A stretch of 64,000 bases of DNA from the NCBI GenBank assembly GCA_965203305.1, contig OZ241874.1, forward strand, positions 1,968,976-2,032,975, written 5' to 3'. The first letter of the stretch is position 1. Each line of letters opens with the position of its first letter. The position numbers and the translations under genes are program-made. The stretch is from Rhodothermales bacterium (lineage in GTDB: Bacteria > Bacteroidota > Rhodothermia > Rhodothermales > Bin80). Positions 10,594-20,371 of this stretch are shown here, piece after piece. The notes under the pieces are model-generated. The model did not search any database and was not told the origin of the DNA. It saw only the letters and a list, made by a program, of their open reading frames with translations.

Positions 10594-12348
10594 TTATTGC
10601 TTTTCATAGCGGTAGTCAAAGATACAGGAGGCTCCCAGCATCTCGCGAAACCAGAGCGTCGCACTGGCACCGAGAGCGTCTCTGAGATGTATCGATTCAT
10701 TCAACAGAAAATGCACCGGTTGTGCCTGTCCTTCGTTGATGACGATACCAGATGCATAGAGATGTATACGATCCAAAGCATCCAGTATCGGATTCAGGTG
10801 TCCTTGAATCCCGGGCATATTTCCTGAATGACTGGGAATAATCTGCGATCCTCCATTCGGGGCAGGCCGAAGAAAAATTTTTAATGGACTTTCCGGCAAG
10901 TAATGTCGCTCCACATGTGCCTCGAATCCCTCTGCCGCACAGAACACGGTCACTGGAAGTCTGGAATGGAGGGAGAACCGGACCTGTCCAAGTGCATCTG
11001 TTTGTGCTTCCAGGTATGTATTATTCGGATAGAGTACGAGCACTTGTACTCCCGGCTGCGGTTTTTCCGTGTCTCCGTGAGAAGCCATCACAGAAACAGG
11101 TATACCCTCAGGCACCGGGAGACGGGCTGCAGGCAAAACAATTTTCAGTTCGCGCCCTCCGATTAACTGGAACATCGGCTTCTGCCCCGTCAGAGAGTAG
11201 GTATCATCCTCAATAATCCCAACTCCTTCCCCTCTCCGTTCTATAAAATACTCACGGCCTCCAGATCCCGGAAGATCACCAACCGGGCACTGTCCCAATC
11301 GTGAAGCCAGCAGTTCATTGCGTGTGAACTGGCTCATGCGGAGATCCTCCGTAGTCATGGAATTGCACAGACCACCGGGAGAGTACAATTCCAAACGATC
11401 TTTAAACATAAGCAGGCGGATGTGTGATCCGCGAACTGCATAGTCACGGTGGACCACTGCATTTACAACAGCTTCAAAAACCGCCCTGATACTAAACTGG
11501 GGCAAATCCATTCGGGCAGGATCCTTGTAGGCTGCAGTGCGCATATTCTTCTCTACGAAACGTACAGCTTCGCGGATCTGCTGATCAATGGGGCCAGCGA
11601 TATCCCGGGAATCTATCTGCTGACTGCTGTCCATTCGTTGTCCCCTGTAGCACACAGCTTGCACCCATGCATTCGGCAACCATTTTCGCGGATCCTCTGA
11701 TGCCAGCAGTACGCCTCCCACCGTTGCCAGGAAATCACCGCTTGCATCTCGTTTGATGAATTTCAATTTCGCCAGAGCAACTTCGGAAGATTCCTGTATC
11801 CGGGAGCTCATATACTTGCGCCACAGCCCCCTGTGAAGACTTTTAATACCGGTATTCCTGATGACCTGGGTATCTGTGGAAGAGTCATCGGACTGCCCGC
11901 GCATATGAGTCAGCCTACTGACCTCGGCTGCCTCCATTTTATGCTTTCGATCTCCTTTCCGACGAAAGTATCCTCCTGGAGAATGATGCACCGTCGTGCT
12001 CTGGGGGATTTCCACCAGGAGTGCGCCACCGCCATCAGGTTCCACTGCCACCCTGAAGACGCTGTAGTCAAGAGACGGCTTGATGCTGTCCATACATATC
12101 TCACCTACCAATCTGACGAGTGTATCCAGCTCCGAACGATCCAAAGATTGTGGTCGTCCGTCATCCGTTACTCCCAGTACTAGCCTGCCTCCGTTACCAT
12201 TGCCGAAAGCGGCCATCTCATCCGCAAGGGAATCTCTCCGGGGTGCCGTAACCTTCTTGCCCCGGAACTCAACGGCCTTCAGCTCCATGTTTGTATCCTC
12301 CCCCAGAGCGACCTCCTGCCAGAACCTTGTCGGATTACTCAATGCCAT
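10594..12348 (-). CDS. AlbA_2 (Schlafen-like) + HATPase_c_4 (RecG-C-terminal-like) putative DNA-binding protein
   Basis: 584 aa. N-terminus ELKAVEFRG...GGRLVLGVTDDG, then AVVNAVVHRDYAVRGSHIRLLMFKDRLELYSPGG. Start overlaps the hsdS stop (TAATG at 12348). Confidence 0.65.
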   Translation of the reverse strand: MALSNPTRFWQEVALGEDTNMELKAVEFRGKKVTAPRRDSLADEMAAFGNGNGGRLVLGVTDDGRPQSLDRSELDTLVRLVGEICMDSIKPSLDYSVFRVAVEPDGGGALLVEIPQSTTVHHSPGGYFRRKGDRKHKMEAAEVSRLTHMRGQSDDSSTDTQVIRNTGIKSLHRGLWRKYMSSRIQESSEVALAKLKFIKRDASGDFLATVGGVLLASEDPRKWLPNAWVQAVCYRGQRMDSSQQIDSRDIAGPIDQQIREAVRFVEKNMRTAAYKDPARMDLPQFSIRAVFEAVVNAVVHRDYAVRGSHIRLLMFKDRLELYSPGGLCNSMTTEDLRMSQFTRNELLASRLGQCPVGDLPGSGGREYFIERRGEGVGIIEDDTYSLTGQKPMFQLIGGRELKIVLPAARLPVPEGIPVSVMASHGDTEKPQPGVQVLVLYPNNTYLEAQTDALGQVRFSLHSRLPVTVFCAAEGFEAHVERHYLPESPLKIFLRPAPNGGSQIIPSHSGNMPGIQGHLNPILDALDRIHLYASGIVINEGQAQPVHFLLNESIHLRDALGASATLWFREMLGASCIFDYRYEKQ

Positions 12349-14345
12349 TATTTCGGCTCTGTCGCGGATGTTACGGGCAAGGATTCCTGCAGTAAAGAGG
12401 GAGGATTTACTCCGGGATTCTGGAGAATATTTTCGACTTCAGTGAGTCGGATTTCTCCAGATATCAGCTTGGGAAGCAGAGTATTGCGTATCCGAGAGAG
12501 CATCTCGTTTGCCTTAGTATTTACTACAATGCATGCATAAAGTGGCCGTACCAGGCCGTAATAGGCAGTCAGAATTTTACTTGAAGGTACTGTAACTGGA
12601 ATGGGACAGAAGGATCTTTTGTTAATCTCCGCAAAGGTTGATCCACTGGATACAGCCTTGATGTATTCAATATTTTGATGGCACCAAAACAGAACAAAAA
12701 TATTGGGAAGTTGCTTGTTACAAACCATGGCAATGAACCCTTGATTCACTGCGGTTGGGTCTTCAGCAATGGCCAAGTAGCCAATAGGAGCGCGTGAGGA
12801 AAGAAGAACGGTACCGGCAGGCAAGAGCCCCGAACTTATCTTATTCAATCCGGCATCAGTAATCTTTCTGTCTGTGTCAAGCAACACCGGTGATGTCAAC
12901 TTGGACAAGTCCTTTGGGGTGGCCCAATTATGCGTACCACCATCCCAGTAGGAGTGGTCTTTCGTACTGGGAGTTCCACCACCGAAAACATCAACTTCAC
13001 TACCGATTTCGGATACCATCCACCCGGCAGGCTTGCCTTCGTCATCCAGCATATCTGGAAACAACTCCCATATTTCGGGAGGCAGGTAGGAATCGCGTCC
13101 TTCCATTTTTGCCCGCACCGGCCCGAAATCCACAAACCAGTCCTTGAAGATCGTCCGTGCGATTGCCTCCAGCGTCTGATTCATCTGCCGGTTCAGTTGG
13201 ATCTTGTCATCCAGCGTGCCCAGGATATGGGCAATGGCTCGCTGTTCTGGAAGAGGAGGAAGATCAATCTCCAGTTCACAGATATCGGTAGGGCGTATTG
13301 CCGGATATGCTGATGTGCTGTGTTCAGCGATGGTCTGGAGTCGTTCTACGATTTGATCTTGTGCCAGAAACCAGTAGAGAAAACCAGTGTCTGCGATATC
13401 TTCTCGCGCATGGAATACTGCGAAGCCAGTGGATGCGAGGACGTTTTCAGGGATGTCTCTCAGCAATCCAAAGTGTCTCTGATTCGGTCTCACAGTTGAG
13501 AATACAATATCACCAGTTTGTACTTTTCGGCGCGCACGGCTGGGGAGCTTGCCATTTCCGGTGTCAAAGCGTTGAAATGCCTCTATCCAGTTATCTGTGA
13601 TGCTGCCCGTATCAAGATAATTGACGAATGGCCATTCCTCGCACTGGGAATATGTCTCTTTGTTCATGACGATGCATTCATCCAGCCTGATTCGGGGCCA
13701 TATTCTATGTGGAATCATACCATTGCCCAGTCTAACATGGTCTGCTGGAATCTTCTGTCTGATTTCTCCGGATAAGTCGTCCCAAACAGATATGCATACG
13801 CGAAATAACAAATCGCTTTCTTCCAGTGATTTCCCCAACTCATCAACCTGTTGCTGTTGTTTGGGGGTGGAAAATACAGCAAGGTACAGATCTGATTTTG
13901 GAGTTGCCGAACCATTCACCCTGTCTCCATAAGCCCATACTTCTGTATCTGGCAGATGCTTCTGAAGCAATTTTTGAATGGTTCTGAACTCCTTTTCGGG
14001 AATGTCTATGATCGGGCTAACTGTGTCCTTGGGACTTTGTATAAGCACACCATGCGCACGCACAATGCCTCGGAAATCATCCTCCAGTCTTGCAAATTCT
14101 ACGATATCAACTCGGAAAGGAAGCTCTGACTCAACGAATTCCTCCTTCAAATTCCAGAGTGTACTTTGGGGCAGAGGCACTTCTCCCATAATGGCAATGT
14201 CAAGATCAGAATAGTCCCACGCAGTCCAGGTGGCACGGGAGCCAAAGGCAAGTACACTGCGATCTGGCACATGCCGCTGAAGAGTCTCACGAACAATGTC
14301 CCAGTGGTCAGGACGCAGATCAATGGAGGGAGGAGATGCACTCAT
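12348..14345 (-). CDS. hsdS: Type I R-M specificity subunit HsdS with two N-terminal MNT (minimal nucleotidyltransferase) domains
   Basis: 665 aa. aa ~30-100 LAFGSRATWTAWDYSDLDIAI...LPFRVDIV. aa ~120-215 VWAYGDRVNGSATPKSDLYLAVFS...LLFRVCISVWDDL, paralogous to ORF 17477-17797. Then HsdS TRD and conserved-region motifs (LPPLPEQRAIAHILGTLDDKI, LLPKLISGEIRL). Confidence 0.8.
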   Translation of the reverse strand: MSASPPSIDLRPDHWDIVRETLQRHVPDRSVLAFGSRATWTAWDYSDLDIAIMGEVPLPQSTLWNLKEEFVESELPFRVDIVEFARLEDDFRGIVRAHGVLIQSPKDTVSPIIDIPEKEFRTIQKLLQKHLPDTEVWAYGDRVNGSATPKSDLYLAVFSTPKQQQQVDELGKSLEESDLLFRVCISVWDDLSGEIRQKIPADHVRLGNGMIPHRIWPRIRLDECIVMNKETYSQCEEWPFVNYLDTGSITDNWIEAFQRFDTGNGKLPSRARRKVQTGDIVFSTVRPNQRHFGLLRDIPENVLASTGFAVFHAREDIADTGFLYWFLAQDQIVERLQTIAEHSTSAYPAIRPTDICELEIDLPPLPEQRAIAHILGTLDDKIQLNRQMNQTLEAIARTIFKDWFVDFGPVRAKMEGRDSYLPPEIWELFPDMLDDEGKPAGWMVSEIGSEVDVFGGGTPSTKDHSYWDGGTHNWATPKDLSKLTSPVLLDTDRKITDAGLNKISSGLLPAGTVLLSSRAPIGYLAIAEDPTAVNQGFIAMVCNKQLPNIFVLFWCHQNIEYIKAVSSGSTFAEINKRSFCPIPVTVPSSKILTAYYGLVRPLYACIVVNTKANEMLSRIRNTLLPKLISGEIRLTEVENILQNPGVNPPSLLQESLPVTSATEPK

Positions 14346-14362
14346 TGCAGAGAGTTATGCGC

Positions 14363-14803
14363 CTATTCATCCCTTGTCTCCAAAAAACGAACCAGATCAT
14401 GTGCATCATGAATGAACTTTTCTATGGATTCATACACATGTTCAGCTCTCTCGAAATCATAAATATGGGTGGTTCTATTCCGTCCTTCATTATACTGCAC
14501 CCAATTGTCTACATCATGGATAAGTCTATGCTCAGCTGCGATTCGAAAAAAATGCCGTCTAGTTACTCCTTTTACTATATCTGGAGATATATTCTCTTCA
14601 AGCCATCGCCTCATCATCTTCCAGCAGAGTTCATACGTTATTTCAAAGTGCTGGACAACACCAGCACGAATCGCAATACGCTCAAAATGACTCAACTGAA
14701 TCATGCGCTCATTATCCTCGCTCACAGCAAGAACTTCAACAAGCGCATCAAGAGACTTTTTTAAGTGATCAATCTGGAGAGGCATCGCTTTTTTTGACTT
14801 CAC
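14363..14803 (-). CDS. HEPN domain protein, HI0074 (nucleotidyltransferase substrate-binding) family
   Basis: 146 aa. Rx4H motif RNRTTH. Paralogous to 17026-17439 and 17785-18210. Confidence 0.75.
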   Translation of the reverse strand: MKSKKAMPLQIDHLKKSLDALVEVLAVSEDNERMIQLSHFERIAIRAGVVQHFEITYELCWKMMRRWLEENISPDIVKGVTRRHFFRIAAEHRLIHDVDNWVQYNEGRNRTTHIYDFERAEHVYESIEKFIHDAHDLVRFLETRDE

Positions 14804-14873
14804 TGATTGTGGTCACAGGGCACACTCCCCGCAATAAGGATATGTCTCTGAGCAGAAACATCATCACGAATTT

Positions 14874-16460
14874 CTACTTCCCCTCCTCCATTTGAAATCC
14901 CAATACACCCAAATTTTGCTTAATTGCGCTGTCAAGTCTGGCACTTTCAGTCTGCTGCCTGTGAAGTTCGGCTACCAGTCTCCCCATCTTGTCCGCAAAC
15001 GGTTCTGTATCTTCTTCCTCAGCTTCCATGCCAACATAGCGTCCCGGTGTCAGAATGTAACCATTCCTGCGAACCTCATCCAGCGTGGCACTTTTGCAAT
15101 AACCCGGGATGTCCTCATAGTCACCTGCCTCTGTTTCCGCCCGCCATGAATGATAGGTGCTAGCAATGCGGCTGATCTCCTCGTCACTGATTTCGCGACG
15201 CGTTCGGCTTACCATCTGACCAAATTTGCGTACATCAACAAATAGTATCTCATCCCGCTTGCGCTCACGGGAAAGGAACCACAGACAGGCAGGAATCTGG
15301 GTTGAGTAGAAAAGCTGCCCGGGAAGTGCTACCATGCAATCAAGCAAGCCATCTTCAATCAGATTCTTTCTGATTTCTGCCTCTGCCGACTGCCCTGATG
15401 ACATTGATCCGTTTGCCAGTACAAACCCTGCAATTCCTCCCGGAGCTAAATGGTGCAGGATGTGCTGAACCCAGGCATAATTGGCATTGCCCTTTGGTGG
15501 TATGCCATGAACCCATCGCTTGTCCTCTACCAGATGCTCCCCTCCCCAGTCGGAAACATTGAATGGTGGATTAGCAAGAATAAAATCTGCCTTTAAGTCT
15601 GGATGTTGATCATTGAGAAAAGTATCTCCATGTGCAACCTGTCCGTCAATGCCGCGAATCGCCAAATTCATTTTTGCCAGTCTCCAGGTTGTATGATTCG
15701 ACTCCTGACCCCAAACGGATATATTGCCTCTCGCCTTACCTCTATTGCCATTTCCCGTGGCATGCGACTGAATAAACTCGACCGATTGAACAAACATCCC
15801 GGATGAGCCGCAACATGGATCATACACCCGCCCATGATACGGTTCAATCATTTCAACCAGAAGCCTCACAATGCATCGGGGCGTATAAAACTCGCCTCCC
15901 CTCTTGCTCTCAGCACTTGCAAATTGAGAAAGGAAGTATTCATAAACGCGACCCAGTACATCTTTGGCTCGGGCTTCTTTTCCACCTACCCGGATGTCGC
16001 TAATCACATCTATGAGTTGTCCCAGTCTTACCTTATTGAGCGCAGGACGGGCATAGTTCTTCGGAAGAATATCCTTAAGGCTCTCATTCTCGCGTTCAAC
16101 TGCAATCATTGCCTCATCAATATGCTGGCCAATCGTAGGCTGACGTGCCTGCTCCATCAGATTCCCCCAGCGTGCTTCCTGAGGCACCCAGAAAATATTT
16201 TCTCTCCGATACTCGTCAGGATCCTCTGGATCGGCACCCTGGTTGCGCTCTCCCTCAAGCACATCATGTCGTTCTTCAAACGCATCCGAAATATATTTCA
16301 GGAAGAGAAGTCCGAGTACAACATGCTTGTATTCAGCCGCGTCCATTGAGCCACGCAGAGCGTCCGCCATCTCCCAGAGTTTGGCTTCATACTCTGCCAT
16401 CATATCTTTCTTCCCCATGGCTGAATCACCGTTGTTTTGCCCCTTGCTATTGCGTGACAT
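14874..16460 (-). CDS. hsdM: Type I R-M DNA methyltransferase M subunit
   Basis: 528 aa. N6-adenine MTase motif [11 protein letters not shown]-binding region [12 protein letters not shown]. Confidence 0.9.
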   Translation of the reverse strand: MSRNSKGQNNGDSAMGKKDMMAEYEAKLWEMADALRGSMDAAEYKHVVLGLLFLKYISDAFEERHDVLEGERNQGADPEDPDEYRRENIFWVPQEARWGNLMEQARQPTIGQHIDEAMIAVERENESLKDILPKNYARPALNKVRLGQLIDVISDIRVGGKEARAKDVLGRVYEYFLSQFASAESKRGGEFYTPRCIVRLLVEMIEPYHGRVYDPCCGSSGMFVQSVEFIQSHATGNGNRGKARGNISVWGQESNHTTWRLAKMNLAIRGIDGQVAHGDTFLNDQHPDLKADFILANPPFNVSDWGGEHLVEDKRWVHGIPPKGNANYAWVQHILHHLAPGGIAGFVLANGSMSSGQSAEAEIRKNLIEDGLLDCMVALPGQLFYSTQIPACLWFLSRERKRDEILFVDVRKFGQMVSRTRREISDEEISRIASTYHSWRAETEAGDYEDIPGYCKSATLDEVRRNGYILTPGRYVGMEAEEEDTEPFADKMGRLVAELHRQQTESARLDSAIKQNLGVLGFQMEEGK

Positions 16461-16696
16461 AAGCTGTTCTATACAAGTTTGTTATTTCTGCATATCCATT
16501 TTACTCCTTGCATGCTTCGCAGAACGTTTGCACTTCACGGCTATTATTCCAGATATGCATTTCGTCACGAAACTCTCTCTCGTCCCTGTTACGATCCCAC
16601 ATTAAAACAGTACTTCTTCCGTATTGGCATGTAGTATTCATCCGAAAATGTACAACACCCAGATGCAGTCAGATATCAATGATTCATGGCTGGATT

Positions 16697-17026
16697 TCAC
16701 TTATCTGCGAGGGAAACATCTCCCCTGTCCCGTCGATACCACTCAATACCATAGTTCAAAATGTGATCCTTGAGTTTCTGATTCCGTATTGACTTGTACA
16801 GAACCAGATCTACGGACTGCGCCATCGGGATACAGTCCAGTATAGCAGCAAGGCTTGCCTGATCCGTCAGTGTTAACTCCTCTCCAAACAGTGCAATGTC
16901 CACATCGGACACTACGGTGCTGGTTCCCATTGCTCTGGACCCAAATAAAACAGCTCGTTCCACTCGTTTATTTGCCGCGAACTGGGCAATGATTGCATCC
17001 CGATGTACATCCTTAATACCGCCCAT
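16697..17026 (-). CDS. MNT-type nucleotidyltransferase (antitoxin-like)
   Basis: 109 aa. LFGSRAMGTSTVVSDVDIALFG (GS...DxD). Start overlaps the upstream HEPN stop (TAATG). Confidence 0.75.
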   Translation of the reverse strand: MGGIKDVHRDAIIAQFAANKRVERAVLFGSRAMGTSTVVSDVDIALFGEELTLTDQASLAAILDCIPMAQSVDLVLYKSIRNQKLKDHILNYGIEWYRRDRGDVSLADK

Positions 17027-17439
17027 TATGAAATACGTCTGGCTTCAAGGGTTCGGTGGATTCGCAGGAGTACCGGGTGATAGTGCTTCTTGATCAGATC
17101 TTGGGCCTCTACTGCAACCTCACTCAGATAAATATGGCTTAATAAATTGCGCTTGTCCAAAGCATCAAGCAGTGTCTCGCAATCATCCTGGCTAAGATAA
17201 CCAACTTCAAAGCTCTTGCGGATGACCGCTCGGGGCACCCGTACATCATGTTCTTCACAGGAAAGCAGGTCCTTCAAAACGTTCCATGACAGTCCAAAAC
17301 AGAACTCAAATGTCTTGATTAACCCGGCAAGCTCAAGGTTATTGTACTGCTCTTGCTCACAAGCATCAGTCAGCTGTGCAAGTGCTTTTCCATAACTGTC
17401 CAGTCGCTGGTGCCAGCGTTGTTCGCCTGAATTGCCCAT
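17026..17439 (-). CDS. HEPN domain protein, HI0074 family
   Basis: 137 aa. Rx4H motif RNLLSH. Confidence 0.75.
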   Translation of the reverse strand: MGNSGEQRWHQRLDSYGKALAQLTDACEQEQYNNLELAGLIKTFEFCFGLSWNVLKDLLSCEEHDVRVPRAVIRKSFEVGYLSQDDCETLLDALDKRNLLSHIYLSEVAVEAQDLIKKHYHPVLLRIHRTLEARRIS

Positions 17440-17476
17440 CCCTCTAGTATTCCCGATTTTGCCTGAGAACAGACTC

Positions 17477-17797
17477 TTATGGCACTCTGTTCACCAGCGG
17501 GAAAGCTTCAGAAGCAATTTGTTCCTTGAACCTCTCTGGCAGATCGTCCCACACGAACAAATCCACACGGAATGGCAGATCACTTTCCTCAAATTCTTCC
17601 CGCAAATCTCCGATCTGTTGCTCTTCCTCGGGTGTTGAGAATACAACGAGATCCAGATCTGATTTTGGAGTAGAGGTTCCTTTCACTCTGGATCCATATA
17701 TCCAGACGGTTGTGTCAGGAATGTAACTGGCAAGTAACCTCTGAATGATCTTGAAATCCGCCTCCGTAATGTCCACAGCTGAGATTATCTCTTCCAT
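17477..17797 (-). CDS. MNT-type nucleotidyltransferase (antitoxin-like)
   Basis: 106 aa. VWIYGSRVKGTSTPKSDLDLVVFS. Overlaps the upstream HEPN gene by 13 nt. Confidence 0.75.
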   Translation of the reverse strand: MEEIISAVDITEADFKIIQRLLASYIPDTTVWIYGSRVKGTSTPKSDLDLVVFSTPEEEQQIGDLREEFEESDLPFRVDLFVWDDLPERFKEQIASEAFPLVNRVP

Positions 17798-18210
17798 ATT
17801 TCTCCGGTCATTTTCTGGTAGAGACGAATAGCATCATCAATGAAGTCTGGAATCAACTCTGTACAATCCTCGGCTTTCCCTTTATTGTAGTCATGTGATG
17901 TATCATTCCGTGCATTCGTGTATTTCAACCACCGGCTCAGAGGTTCTTCCAGCAAATCATTTTCAAAGGCCAATCTTAGTACAGGCTTTGGGCTGTTGGG
18001 AGGGGAAGAAACTCCAAGTTCCTCGGCTAGATATCGCCGCAGAACCTTCCATAAGCAATCGTAGCAGGTCTCAAACCGCTTGATCACTGATTCAGTGACC
18101 GCCTGCCCCATAAGTTCAAATTCAAGCATGACTGGCATGGGATTTTGGCAATTTTCATTTTGCTCCTCCAGTCGTTCAAGCGATAGTCGGAATTTCGTAT
18201 AGTCCATCAT
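17785..18210 (-). CDS. HEPN domain protein, HI0074 family
   Basis: 141 aa. Rx4H motif RNDTSH. Confidence 0.75.
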   Translation of the reverse strand: MMDYTKFRLSLERLEEQNENCQNPMPVMLEFELMGQAVTESVIKRFETCYDCLWKVLRRYLAEELGVSSPPNSPKPVLRLAFENDLLEEPLSRWLKYTNARNDTSHDYNKGKAEDCTELIPDFIDDAIRLYQKMTGEIWKR

Positions 18211-18554
18211 ATCCTTGCAACCTACATCTCGTAAAAATCAAACAAAAGAGCCTCTGGCAAAATTCCCGGTTGAGGAAGAGACATTAACCTGAGAATGCTT
18301 GCAGGCACATTAGGTCGGTTGGCGTGCAGAGATATTCCTATAAGAACCCCTCAAAATCATCTTACGCACAAGACCAAAGATGTTCATATCATCCACATCT
18401 TCTGTGCCAGTCCAGTGATTTCTGGATTTACGGAAGACACAAATTAAAAAAATCTGGGCGCATTTCAACGCGGCCCGCTATATGCGATTAGGCTGGTGTG
18501 TATCCAGAATCATTCCACTCTGAGAATCAATCATCTGCAAGAACCAAAGGTTTT

Positions 18555-18653
18555 GAGGCTCCTGCGAAAACATACTCTGGACCCGATCTAATGTGTCCGA
18601 AAGCACTCTCGGAGCGATATTTCTCCGTCATCTGGGAATTTTGCAAGAGGCTC
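18555..18653 (-). repeat. ~100-bp unit of the GAGCCTCTTGCAAAA-bounded repeat family
   Basis: Reverse strand reads GAGCCTCTTGCAAAATTCCCAGATGACGGAGAAATATCGCTCC...TTTTCGCAGGAGCCTC. The first ~45 nt match the units at 727 and 35200. Confidence 0.55.
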
Positions 18654-18905
18654 GTTTTGCCAAAATGACAAATCGAAACCGTCAAAGTCAGGAACAAAAT
18701 GTAATCCCTCTACTCGTTATTCAGAAGTGTGCACAAGAATACAAGCCCCAAAGGCTCGGCCTTGCTCAGGATCGCCGCCCTACGAAGAAGGCAGGAGCTA
18801 GGCTTACTGCTAAGGGGCAGATGTACTGTTCTATAATTTCCGAAACAAGAGGTTCCCGCCTTAATATTTTTCTGCCAAAAACACGGATATGTTGGCTTTT
18901 TACAT

Positions 18906-19043
18906 TTAAGATGTAATAACCCTGAATTCAATCCGAGCCAGTATCACCAGCAACGGCCCCCGTGTGGTCTGGACTGCTTCCTTCTGCTTTTCGTTCAGAC
19001 CATCAAGGATTTTCGCTGTATCGAATTTCTGCATCCCACTCAT
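18906..19043 (-). pseudogene. UvrD/PcrA/Rep-family helicase, N-terminal ~35-codon stub
   Basis: From the ATG at 19043: MSGMQKFDTAKILDGLNEKQKEAVQTTRGPLLVILA, the conserved N-terminus preceding Walker A in UvrD-like helicases. Similarity ends before GAGSGKT. Confidence 0.6.
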
Positions 19044-19052
19044 TTTCTTGAT

Positions 19053-20371
19053 GGAATTATCCCGTAAAATCCGCACAGGATGCAGGGAGAGAGTATTATC
19101 TCTCCAGTCCCATGTCTGTGTCCCGATCACTGTCCATACGATCTTGCCTGCGGCGTGCTTCCACCTCACGGATATGCGCAGCGCGTTCCGTCAAGTACTT
19201 GTGCAGGGACGGGATGGGGATCGTGTAGAAGCCATTTTTACGGTAGAGAACGCCTTGACTGACCACTTGTGCAAACACGGCTTCGCCCAATTTCTCCAAA
19301 AGCTCTTTTTTGGGGACATGTTCCTGCGCATTACGAAATATCTTCACCAAGCGGAGGATGTCATCGTTGTCGACCCCATACAGTCGGCCTTGATAGTATT
19401 CCATGCGTTCTTCCCGCCCTTTCTCCATGACGAGACGCAGCAACTCCGGGGTCATCACCCCATCGTTCGCGTAGACCAAGTGGGCGGCATTCCGTGCATA
19501 GGAATCTACATGCCTGGGCCACAAATACGTCTCTTGGGTGATCGCATTGATCCAGTCTGTGGTGTCCCCTTTTGCTTTCCCTGCCCTTTTGAGCCAGTTC
19601 TTGATCACCTGCCGTTCCTCCTCCTCTTCCAGTGGTTTCATATCAAAATGGCATTGAGCTGCCATCCTGGATATCCCCAGTGCTTTGAATGCGGCATGGG
19701 TCATCCCCAGTCCACCCGCCAGCAGGATCACGGGCTTCCCCAACTCTCCATTGTGAATCTCCGTCAGAAGATCGCTGACCTCGTCTTTGTACGGTCCATT
19801 GATATTTTTGCTTTCTCCCATACGCTGGGCCTCGTCCAGAATCAAGAGGAGCGGGTCCTTTATTTTCTGGATCAGGCTCTTGGGGGTGACCTTCGGAGTG
19901 GCTTTTTTTGTCGTCCGTGATAGCCCCCCTTCGAGGGATGCCCCAAAGTATTTCACTTTCCCGCCACCCCCGATGGTTTTTTCTGTGGCGACCTCTTTTT
20001 TCTTCAGCCCCAGGCATTCCGCCATCAAGTCCGGATCCCACAGGGCCGTGACAACAAGTTTTCGGACCTCCCACTTCTCTCTCTTTGCCTTCTTCCTGCA
20101 TTCGTCCAGCAGGGCCGTTTTGCCGATCCCCGGCGGCCCTTGCACAAGGAAGATGGTCCCTTCGTTATTTTCTTTGTCATCCACCAGCCTGTTCTCAAAG
20201 CTGTCCAGTATGGGGGTGCGCCCGTGGAAGTAGGGGGTGGCTCCACGGTCTGTGGATTTTCGAAGCGGATCCATGGTTCCTGTCGTGGTTGGTCAAAAAA
20301 GACTACCCTTCGGAGCAGGGTTTGTTCCCCTATTGCACCCCTTGCGGATTTTACGGGATAACTCCCAATAA
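19053..20371 (-). mobile_element. AAA+ ATPase cassette, copy 2
   Basis: TTATCCCGTAAAATCCGCA at 19057-19075 and CTTGCGGATTTTACGGGATAA at 20341-20361 (19-nt perfect IR). GATGG occurs on both sides (19050-19054, 20372-20376). Confidence 0.55.
19096..20274 (-). CDS. ORC/Cdc6-like AAA+ ATPase, cassette copy 2
   Basis: 392 aa. FLVQGPPGIGKTALL, LLLILDEAQRMG, VILLAGGLG, IPIPSL. C-terminus DTDMGLER. Confidence 0.85.
   Translation of the reverse strand: MDPLRKSTDRGATPYFHGRTPILDSFENRLVDDKENNEGTIFLVQGPPGIGKTALLDECRKKAKREKWEVRKLVVTALWDPDLMAECLGLKKKEVATEKTIGGGGKVKYFGASLEGGLSRTTKKATPKVTPKSLIQKIKDPLLLILDEAQRMGESKNINGPYKDEVSDLLTEIHNGELGKPVILLAGGLGMTHAAFKALGISRMAAQCHFDMKPLEEEEERQVIKNWLKRAGKAKGDTTDWINAITQETYLWPRHVDSYARNAAHLVYANDGVMTPELLRLVMEKGREERMEYYQGRLYGVDNDDILRLVKIFRNAQEHVPKKELLEKLGEAVFAQVVSQGVLYRKNGFYTIPIPSLHKYLTERAAHIREVEARRRQDRMDSDRDTDMGLER

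Noticed and set aside
18964-19920. Plus-strand ORFs inside every ATPase cassette (also 2512-3147, 3071-3532, 38934-39677, 40433-41023), similar to each other
   Set aside because: They resemble each other only because the underlying DNA is repeated. They are antisense to ORFs with clear Walker A/B motifs and have low-complexity composition.
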